Origin: Mobula hypostoma
Lineage: Eukaryota
Direction: 5' to 3'
Assembly: GCF_963921235.1 (NCBI RefSeq)
Contig: NC_086107.1
Span: forward strand, 102,054,001-102,114,000
DNA length: 60,000 nt
Under the pieces are notes generated by a model. The model saw only the letters and a program-made list of their open reading frames with translations. It was not told the origin of the DNA and did not search any database. The position numbers and the translations under genes are program-made. Shown piece by piece: positions 49,830-60,000 of this stretch (its first letter is position 1; the number at the start of each line of letters is the position of its first letter).

Positions 49830-51422
49830 CAGTGGTGCTAGAAAGTTTGTGAACCCTGTAGAATTTGCTCTATTTCCAGATAAATATGACCCAAAATGTT
49901 ATCACATCTTCACACATCCCAAAACTAGATAAAGAGACCCCAATTAAATAAATAACACAAAAGACATAATACTTGCTCATTTATTTAATGAGAAGAATGA
50001 TCCAAGATTACATGTATTTGTTGGAAAAATATGCAAACTTTTGCTTTCAGTAACTGGTGTGACCCCCTTGTACAGCAATAACTTCAACCAAATGTTACCA
50101 GTAACCATTGATCAGCCCTGCACATCAGCTTGGAGGAACGTTAGGCTATTCCTCCTTACAAAATTGCTTCAACACTGGGCTGTTGGTGGGCTTCCATGCA
50201 TGAACTGCTCGCTTCAAGTCCTTCCATAACATTTCTATAGGATTACGGCCATTCCAAAACACAATTTTTCTTCTTTTTAAACCATCACTGTTGATTTACT
50301 CATCTTTCAGATCATTATCTTGTTGCATTACCCAATTTCTATTAAGCTTCAGATGATGGATTGCTACTGTAAAATGTCTTGATACAATTTTGATTTCATG
50401 GTTCTCTCAACGATTGCAAGCTGTCCAGGCTCTGAGACAGCAAAGCAGCACCAAACCATTATGCTTCTTCCACCATGCTTCACGGTTGGGATGAGGTTTT
50501 GGTGTTGGTGTGCAGTGCCCTTTTTCCTCCAAACATAGTAATGTGCATTTCTGCCAAAAAGTTCAACTTTTGTCTCTTCTGTCCACATTACACTGTCCCA
50601 GAAGCATTCTAGAACATCCAGGTGGTCTTTTGCAAACTTGAGACATGCAGCAACGTTTTTTTTTTGAGAGCAGTGGTTTCCTCCATGGTGTCCTTCCACG
50701 AACACCATTCTTGTTCAGTGTTTTTCCTATAGTGGACACATGGGCAGAGACTTTAGTAAGTTCTAGAGATTTCTGCAGGTCTTTTGATGTTATACCTCCT
50801 TCAGCATTGCATGTTGTGCTCCTGGTGTGATCTTTGCAGGACAACCACTCCTAGGGAGAGTAGCAACAGTATTAAGTTTCCCCCATTTTGTAGACAATTT
50901 CTCTTACTGTGGACTGATGAACACTCGGGTCTTTAGAAATACTTTTGTAGCCTTTTCCAGCTTCATGCATCTCTACAATTCTTCTTCTTCTAAGGTCCTC
51001 CGAAAGTAGTTTTGATCGAGGCATAATGCACATAAACATATCTTTCCTGAGAAAAGCACTCTGTCAGTAACCTGACTTAGTGTATCTTTTTTTTTAAATA
51101 GGGCAGGGCACCTCTACAACCCACACCTCCAATCTCATCTCATTGATTGAAACACCTGACTTCACACAGCTTTTGTAGAAAGTGTTACCCCAGAGGTTCA
51201 TATACTTTTTCCAACAAATACATGTAATATTGGATCATTTTTCTCAATATAAATGGACAAGTAAAATGTTTTTGGGTTACTTATTTAATCCGGTTCTCTT
51301 TACCTAGTTCTAGGACTTGAGTTTTAGTTCTAGAGCTAAATCTAGAATGTATCTAGTTCTAGGACTTACGTTCTGATCATATTTATGCAGAAATAGAGGA
51401 AGTTCTACAGGGTTCACAAACT
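49830..51422 (-). mobile_element. Tc1-like DNA transposon with about 200-bp IR/DR inverted repeats; dead transposase (about 51024-50047)
   Basis: TA|CAGTGGTGCTAGAAAGTTTGTGAACCCTGTAGAA mirrored at 51403-51422; peptides MPRSKLLSEDLR, LKFAKDH..FWDSVMWTEETKVELFG, PTVKHGGRSIMVW. Confidence 0.95.
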
Positions 51423-52777
51423 ATACTTCTATCCATCATTTGGTCACCCACCATACCTTACAGCACTGTCATTTGTTAAAGGACCTTGGGATGTTTGGTA
51501 ATAAATACAAATCTTACGCTGAATAAAAAGAAAATAAATCGTAAATTATCTGCTAGTAACATCTTAAGGAAGATTTTAAGAGACACGGAACTGGGATGTT
51601 TGACATTAAGCATTGCATTATAGTTTTATTTAAGATGAACCATTGACTTCCTTTATTCCAATTTTTCCAGCCAACTCTTCATCCACATAAACTGTTTTTA
51701 AGTTCACTAATTTAATTCAAATATTACAATGAATTCAAATCCGCACAAAATTTTGTTTATAGATCATACCACGATTATGAAAGGTACTGCCTGAAACAAA
51801 AACCAATACAAGATCATAAGACATGAATTTAAACCTGGACAGCAACCTTATATTTAGACTCCTCTCCTGGCGGAGAGCATATTCAGCTGTGATCAAGTTG
51901 ACTCCAGATTTGTAAAGTGCTTTCTGGGCTTGGAGGAAAGGGGTTAGATCAGCTACTGAAATCATTAAATGGAGACTTAATTGTCACTCTTCCACCCAGT
52001 CCATATCACTTGGCTGAAACATCACAGTGTTCAAACTCCAGACACACTAATCACCATTTTAAAGATTCAGAAAGAGATCATTTTTAGATAATTGACTTGC
52101 TTAATTGTTAGATCAGACATTCATAGAATTTCACACAATTCATTTGTCTGACATGCCCATATGAAATATTCATATTATCAAATTCTTCACAAAAATCACA
52201 ATCTTGAACAGAAAAGCCCTAACAGACCCATGATTCCTTGAATTATTTAATTAGTCGCACTGCTTTTCCATTTCACAGTAGTCAATTTTTTTTTTAAATG
52301 CGTTATTACCAAGGGAGATGGCTATTCATCTCACTGGGTACCTGCCCGATGCAATGGAATGATCCCATCAACCCCATTTCCCGATACCTATGCGACTTAT
52401 TTTCTTATTTGCCCATCAACTCCCTTGGTACAAATTCAAGCAAGATAATAAAAAGCCTAAGGGGCAATTTACAGGAGTCAATTAACCACTCTGAAATCCA
52501 ATAAGGAAAATCTTTCACACCAAGCATAGTTCAAACATGAAGCCAATGTGAATAGCATTAAATGGGCAAAAGGTTATACTAAAGTTTTGTTGACATAGTG
52601 TCACCAAGTCAAGGAAAATAGTGCTTCAATAACGACACAGACTAAATGTGCCAAGTCATATCAATATGATATTCATGTCAATACCTGTAATATGGATCAA
52701 TTCTCACTCTCAGGTCCTCCATTTTGCTGAACAAAAACCCTGTCCATCAATAACTATTTGCCTTCTTTTGCACGTAC

Positions 52778-52844
52778 CTTCACCCAAAGCATTAATAGCT
52801 TCTACTTTCTTCTCATTAGCCTGATCCATTAGTTCTTCAGTTAC
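52778..52844 (-). CDS. ST13: ST13 exon 5 (VTEELMDQANEKKVEAINALGE)
   Basis: TEE.MDQAN.KK motif; GT-AG; 67 bp. Confidence 0.95.
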
Positions 52845-52930
52845 CTAAGAGAATAAAGTGTCAGAAAATGCTTAACTGTGTAATAATAGTTCCAAAAATT
52901 ATATTAAAAAATATAAACAGAATACAGTGG

Positions 52931-52931
<1 letters not shown>

Positions 52932-52964
<33 letters not shown>
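52932..52964. repeat. (CA)n microsatellite
   Basis: Pure CA run. Confidence 0.97.
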
Positions 52965-52966
<2 letters not shown>

Positions 52967-53090
52967 GTTGAAGGGTCTTGGTCTGAAACATCAACTGTTT
53001 ACTCTTTTCCACAGAGGCTGCCTGGCCCGCTGAGATCCTCCAGCATTTTGTGTGTTGCTTTCTGCAGACTCTCTCATGTTGGTAAGAATA

Positions 53091-53895
53091 CAGCAGATTC
53101 TGGTTAATTGGGAAACATCGGGACCAGTGCATTTTGACCTAATTAAAGGGCTGCCAGAATTAGCTGAAGTTTCATGAAAATAGTTAAACTAGTATAAAAA
53201 AAAAGACAAACTACTTTTAACCGAGTAATAAATTATGTATTTAAATGAAATACAGAACAAATTAGAACACTACCACTGCCACTACAGTACTATAACTGTA
53301 TATTAGTTCCTAAAAGTTATCAACGAAGGAATTTATCCAGTACATTGCAGTGTTCTTTTGATTGACTGTAAGTGTCTAAAATCAGCGCAAACACTTGGTA
53401 CAGATAACAGACTGCCTTCATACAATGCTTTAGGCAACTGCATCCTCCAAATATTCATTGTAACAGTCAAGATGATTACTGATATCTTCAGATTTTTCCA
53501 TTATTCCTAACTTGCTGAAGTAGTGTAATCGTTTCATTTTCACTCCTAGCTGTTTCTTGCATCTCCAAACCTGAATGCTTGAAACCGTGGTGAGCAAAAC
53601 AATTCTCAATTGTCTTACTGCATATTTCTCCCCAAACCTCAGTGCGTTTTGAAGACAAACACACACACACACTGAGGTTATTTAAAAACTGTTCGCTCTA
53701 AGCAAGGTCTAGTGTCTAATAGCCACCCAAATACATGCAACTGAAACTAGCTAGAAACTGTTTGACAAGTCTCCTGTCCCAAATAAGCAGCGTAGCATCC
53801 CAACGTATTTTCTTGATTAGTTTTTGTTTTTTAAAAATTGTCTCACAGCAATGGCTGCTGGATTAACTGATGGCCCAATTAACTAGAATCCATTG
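53091..53895 (-). mobile_element. pogo/Tigger-like non-autonomous element
   Basis: TA-flanked TIRs CAGCAGATTCTGGTTAATTGGG / CCCAATTAACTAGAATCCATTG; TIENCFAHHGF remnant. Confidence 0.78.
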
Positions 53896-54756
53896 TATCT
53901 GTGACTGTCGCTCACAAAATTATGTACATATCCTCTACGACAAAGAATTTGGGACAGTCCTGGGAGGTTGCTGGTGCCCACGGAGCAATACATCAGGGAG
54001 AGTGAAGATTCTTTAAGACGGAAGAGTGATGGAGAATTGAAGGAAGAACAAAGAGTGGAGAGAGAAAAAAATAATTGGTACAGTTACTTGATAATGGATT
54101 CAATCTCAATGGATATCTCAATACAATGAGGGAGTTGTGCAATAATACTGATAACAAACCAATACATTATTTTGTATTTCATTACTTGTAATCCACACTC
54201 CGCCCCTATCATTATTTACAGCTGAAGGGACAAATTAGAGGTGTGACCTCAGTAAGCCACTAATGAAATGCTCAGAAATCTGGGTTAATGACTTCCACAA
54301 GAAAGATACATTTAGTGGTGCACCTGTAATTGCAAGCCACGAACACTTCATGACCCTCAATTCCATACTTACTCTGGAAGGAAAACATTCCAATCCCTCC
54401 CTCTATTCTCATGTTCTCTTTAGCTTCAGTATGAAGCCAAAATTTGAGATATCAGCAATTATCTAGACATGAATGGGTTAAAGAAAAAAAAAATCAGGGT
54501 TTTTCCTTTAGAAAAGCTGGTTTCATGTATCGTCTACCTTATACCCCCAGCACAAAGCAAATTTTTCTCTCGTGTCACCTCAGGAAGGATCTTTCAACCT
54601 TCATACCCAATAATACTTTGTACACAGCGTAGGAAGATTTCAATAGTCAGACTTCCTGCTAATAGGATATCAGTAGCTAAAATTTATCCAGTGTGTTTTT
54701 TTTAAATGTCAGAACACAGTGGGAAAGAAGATAAAAAGGGAAAAAAAAATGTTTAC

Positions 54757-54827
54757 CTCAATAGTTTCATCTCCCATTTCATGAGGTTCTTCAGGGTCTG
54801 GTTCAATCACACCCTCATTATCAATCT
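54757..54827 (-). CDS. ST13: ST13 exon 4 (EIDNEGVIEPDPEEPHEMGDETIE)
   Basis: EID.EGVIEPD..EMGD motif; GT-AG; 71 bp. Confidence 0.95.
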
Positions 54828-55019
54828 CTGTGAAGAAACCACATCCACATGAAATACATCTGAAAAAACAACACTATACTGCAGGAAGCTGCTGTAATTT
54901 CACTCAAGAACTTTGATTTACTGCGTCCTGTGCTGATACACGTTACACCACTTCAAAGAACTGGCACCCAGCTGTAAAGATGTCCATACATCATTAACCT
55001 CCATATTCCATGGCCCATA

Positions 55020-56517
55020 TAGAACATACAAAATCTAAAGCACATTACAGGCCCTTCGGCCCACAATGTTGTGCCGACCACATAACCTACTCTAGAAACT
55101 ACCTAGAATTTCCCTGCCACATAGCCCTATTTTTCTAAGCTCCATGTACCTGTCTAAGAGTCTCTGAAAAGACCTTATTGTATCTGCCTCTACCACCTTG
55201 GCTGGCAGTACATTCCACACACCCACCACTCGGTGTGAAAAACTTACCCCTGACATCCCCGTTGTAGCTACTTTCAAGCACTTTAATACTATGCCTCCTC
55301 GTGTTGGCCATTTCAGCCCTGGGGAAAAAGCCTCTGGCTATCCACATGATCAATGCCTCTCATCATCTTATACACCTCTACCAGGTCACCACTCATCCTC
55401 CGTTGCTCCAAGGAGAAAAGGCCGAGTTCACTCAACCTATTCTGATAAGGCATGCTCTCCAATCCAGGCAACAAACTTGTAAATCTCCTCTGTGCACTTT
55501 CTATAGCATCCACATCCTTCCTGTAATGAGGTGACCAGAACTGAACACAGTACTCCATGTGGGGTCTAACTAAGGTCTTATACGGCTGTAACATTACGTC
55601 ATAGCTCTTGAAATCAATCCCATGGTTGATGAAGGCAAATGCACCATACGCCTTAACAACACTGTCAACCTACACAGCAGCTTCGAGTGTCCAATGGACA
55701 TGGACCCCAAGATCTCGCAGATCCTCCACACGGTCAAAAGTCTTACCTTTATTATTATATCCTGTCTTCAAATTTGACCTACCGAAATCAACCACTTTAC
55801 ACTTATCTGGGTTGAACTCCATCTGCCACTTCTCAGCCCAGTTCTGCATCTTATCGATGTCTTGATGCAACCTCTGACAACCCTCCAGACTATCCACAAC
55901 ACCCCCAACTTTTGTATCATCAAACTTACTAACCCACCCTTCTATTTCTTCATCCAGGTCATTTATAAAAATTGCAAAGAGGTGGGGTCCCAGAACAGAT
56001 CCCTGTGGAACACCACTGATCACTGTCCTCCATGCAGAATGTGAACCATTTACAACCACCCTTTGCCTTCTGTGGTCAAACCAATTCTGGATTCACAAAG
56101 CAAGGTCTCCTTGGATCCCATGCCTCATTACCTTCTGAACGAACCTCACATGGGGAAACCTTCTCAAATGCCTTACTAAAATCCATATACACCACATCCA
56201 CTGCTCTACCTTCATCATTGTGTTTTGTTACATCCTCAAAGAATTCAATCCGGTTCATAAGGCACGACCCGCCCCTGACAAAGCCATGCTGACTACCCCA
56301 ATCAGATTATGTCTCTCCAAATGGTCATAAATCCTGCCTCTCAGGATCTTCTCCAACAACTTGCCCACCACTGAAGTAAGACTCACTGGTCTATAATTTG
56401 CTGGGTTATCTCTACGCCCTGTCTTGAGCAAGCGAACGTTTGCAACCTTCCAATCCTACGGTACTTCTCCCTTTCCTATTGATGATGCAAAGATCATCAC
56501 CAGAGGCTCAGCAATCA
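55020..56517 (-). mobile_element. CR1 LINE 3' half, same family as 40871-43378
   Basis: [41 protein letters not shown]; collinear with the other copy. Confidence 0.95.
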
Positions 56518-56916
56518 GTGCCAGTTTACTAATCAATCCTATTTTCCCTGCAATCTAATTGTTCTCCAAGGTTCTACATACTACAATCAATTTCAAATGG
56601 CTAAGTACACCTATCAACTGACATGTCTTTGGGATATGGGAGGTATGTGAAATAGCGGGGGTGGGGAAGAGAGTTAAAAAAGAGGAACCCATGCGGTCAC
56701 AGCAGGAATATGCAAACAGGTAACAAAGATTAGGATTGAACCAGAGTGGCTAGAGCTGAGGCCAACAGCTCCACTGGCTTCATGCACTATGCTGCCTCTA
56801 ATAAATCTGTACAATTAGCTGACCACCTAACTACCTGCAGCGGAAGGGGAAGAAGAATTCAGAATGTATTAGAAATTTCTGAACTGATCTTGACCACAAC
56901 AATTTTTTGCACTCAC

Positions 56917-56992
56917 CAAGTTCACTCTCCTCACTTTCTGAAGCTGGCTCTGGAGATGAAGGTGGTGCTGCCTTCTCTTCTGTGTTGGTTTT
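56917..56992 (-). CDS. ST13: ST13 exon 3 (KTNTEEKAAPPSSPEPASESEESEL)
   Basis: SEESEL acidic motif; acceptor ttctacag, donor gtgagt; 76 bp, phase fits both neighbours. Confidence 0.9.
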
Positions 56993-59346
56993 CTGTAGAA
57001 ATTCAAGTCATTTAGTTCTGTGCTGTTTACAACAACATCTATACCCACTTACACACACAAGAAACATCAATATCATTTTACAGCACACAGATTACTCTTT
57101 TCACACAATCAAATACTGATTTCCAGTTTAATACAAACTGTTTTATTTCTCTCCTTTTTGATGTTCTCCTCCACTACCTGAGAAATTCTGAATGGTAAGA
57201 TTATGACTACTCATTCAACTACTTCTCCACCTTATCTCCTGTTCTCCTGCCCTCTAAGCTTAATTTTTCCACAGCTCAATACCCAGTCATTCCCCACTGC
57301 CCTGCTAAATTCCCACTTTTCTGTGGTCTCTCTCATTTTCCTTTGTAGCTTTAACTCATTAAAATGACAATAATTCTGTCCCTATTCATTTCACCTGTTG
57401 CCAAAACCTGCACCGATTTTAAATAATCCGATTTCACTATTCTAACTCTCCCATACTTATCATCCAATCTTGATAAATTTATCCCAGGTAACTGGACTCA
57501 ATCTAAAGCAGCTACTGTCAATCTCCCATCAGACACTGCCTGACACGAACTCCTCCAGCAGTTTGGTTTTTGCACCAAATTCCAGCATATGCGGCATCTT
57601 GGTCTATTTATGCTATACAAAACCCTAATGCACACCAAGTCCTAGTCACTTACTCCACTTGTACTCACTCATCTAAAAGAAATTCAGTCTGGGTGGGCGT
57701 GCTCACTGGTTGACATGAACTGCCTAGGCCAACAGGCGTGTATCCATCCTGTATTGCCTACAACTCTAAACTGATGGTTGGTTAAGCAACACCTCCTTAA
57801 ATCCCAAACATCTTTCTCTCTCCTGTATCCAAGCCCATTATTTGTCCTTTCCCTTCCTCTTCCCATTCTTTAAAACCTTCAATGGTAATGCATCTATTTT
57901 GCTAAAGCTACTGTGAAGTCCCATGAAACTTTTACTATTTAAAAAGGTATCTAGGTTATTGTCACCACCTTCACAATTGAATTAGTGACAATTTAATCAG
58001 TTCATGCAAAACGGCATCAGGGGAATCTTGAAGGTTCTTCTCAACTGACAATATTTTTATTACCATACTGACTTGCAACAAAGCACACTCCTACATGAAA
58101 CCTCACCCTCCTGTGACACATGCAGTAGCCAGATTTCAAGTGCATGCTAATGATAAGCATCAGGATTATGTGACCTAGCTAACTGATCCTTGTCACACAT
58201 GTGCACACTTCTAGCACAGACTCTTAAACTCTGACAAAAGCAGGGCACGAGTACAAGCCAATTTACTTTCTCTAGAGTTGAGAAGCCACGGTTACAGCTG
58301 GAATCAATAAGCTCATATTACTTCAGACATACTCTGCTGTTGAAGCTAGGAAGATAACGAGTATGACAAACCTTTATAAAATTATTGATCATCTTGCCTG
58401 GATGGGTATCACGCTACGGGAAGCATTTCATGGTCTTAGAGAGCCTGCAGAGTAGGATTTAGGACAGGTACTCGGGATGAGGGATTCGTGTGTCGTGCAT
58501 GGAGATGCTAAGTTTTTTCTGAAGAAGCGGAGCACAGAATTGCTCAGATCTATCAAGTTTTTGATCTACAGAAACTTCGTATAATTGCATAAGCCACTTT
58601 GTGGGGAGAAATAAGAGTGATGATGGAAATGGATGCAATAATCATGCCCAAAAGGGAACTGCACATGCACTTGAAACCGGAAAAAATGCAGAGCTATGTG
58701 AAAGTATTTAATTGGACAGCTGCTTTAACAAAGATAACTGGCTGAAGAAGTTTCTTTTTTCCTGTGCTGTTTGATTGCGTGAAAACCATGGATTTTCCCG
58801 CTGTACCCAAAAACACTATTTTCCTTCTAGTTCTGAACAGATTTGGAGAAACTTACTTGCACAACCAACAACTTCTAGTGCAGAAGCCACAGATTATGCA
58901 GAAATACAAGTCAATGTACAAAAAACAACTATATAAACTATCACAGTTTAGCCCCTTGATAACTGCACTGCCCTTGGTAAGATTCATTGTGCCATCTAGG
59001 ATACTACATCCATCATGGCAAAAAAAAGCAAATCAAATTTCACATTGCTTTTCTACCTTCCACTTAAATAGTAAAACGTCAACTGATTACACCAGGTTCA
59101 ATTCACAACTGTTCCCCCTCCCTTGCCTCCACAGCACGAGAAACTGGTAAGAATTCTCAACAGTACCAAATGGCTCCCAAGAAAACAAAGGACCATCTAT
59201 TTTCAAAACCTATCCTCCAACCTGATCAATGGTACAAAACCTCTTAGGAAAGAAAACCAGCTCTCCTAGCTTGGGAGAGAAAGCAAAAATTCTCCTGGAA
59301 GACACAGCCATTAGTTTCAACATTCACTGACTAAAATATCGGGTAC

Positions 59347-59404
59347 CTTCGGTGACTCTGTGAATTCCGGATGTTCTGCCTGTGGGGGGATAGTTGCTCC
59401 CATA
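59347..59404 (-). CDS. ST13: ST13 exon 2 (S-MGATIPPQAEHPEFTESPK)
   Basis: SMG..PP of the HIP N-terminal domain; acceptor ttttctttgcag, donor gtaccc; 58 bp. Confidence 0.85.
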
Positions 59405-60000
59405 CTGCAAAGAAAATGGGATAATATAATTCTTAAAACATCAAAAATGACACTAAGTGAGTGCAACATTGATACCATGCCTCACTTCATCCAAGGCTTT
59501 AGAAACACTAGCTTATGATGCCTGCTCCCCTTCACCACACTCCCACAACTGCAAATTAATAACCCAGTAAAATCATGTGGAATTAGCTCAATTTAATAGG
59601 ATTATTTCATTTTATTATCTCAGCAATGTTTCTTAAAACAGATGTCTGCAATAATTATGAGAAGTTGGCATCTTTTATGTAAAACATCCAAAGATGCTTC
59701 ATGGGACGGCCTCAGATAAAATAATTTGACAGAGACAACTAATACAGGATATGAGATGTCAGGAGTTAATCCCAGTGCTAGCTCACTAAAGACTGAGGCA
59801 ATAGGTGTGATGAAGGACACTGGAGATGCATAAAAGTCACCTTGGGAATCTTTACTATGAGTAAAGACGACGTTAAATAAAAGCCAACATCAAACTGAAA
59901 TGAAATAAAATCAAACTTTTATAGGCTGAAAGTTTAAAGGGAAAGAACTTGTAGGATTTGAAAATAAGGACAAGAAAGATCCAAGGTTCATCTATTCCCA

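Noticed and set aside
58764..59150. 128-aa ORF antisense within ST13 intron 2
   Set aside because: Non-ATG start, no recognisable motif, ordinary AT-rich intron

Overview
Eukaryotic, vertebrate genomic DNA. The repeat content (CR1 LINEs, Rex1/Babar LINEs, V-SINE/HE1-type SINEs, Penelope-derived short elements) suggests a cartilaginous fish, probably a ray; the taxon is inferred, not proven. Two convergent multi-exon genes account for the coding signal. (1) A complete 7-exon TFAP4-like bHLH-ZIP transcription factor gene on + (CDS 5081-25733, about 364 aa) with a CpG-rich promoter. (2) ST13/HIP (Hsc70-interacting protein) on -, exons 2-12 (59404 down to stop at 31998); exon 1 lies beyond the window. 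All exons were read by hand with GT-AG boundaries and consistent phases. Most ORF-track entries are transposon remnants, minisatellite read-through or noise. The main observations are: the TFAP4-like gene sits beside ST13, i.e. in the EP300-side paralogon, and looks like a divergent second TFAP4 paralogue; paired MYC-type E-boxes and AP-4 sites surround its first exon; Penelope-type minimal hammerhead ribozyme motifs occur in introns; a 37-bp, 57-unit minisatellite shows higher-order duplications; and there are nested hAT, Tc1 and Tigger DNA transposons. No CRISPR array or prokaryotic system is present.
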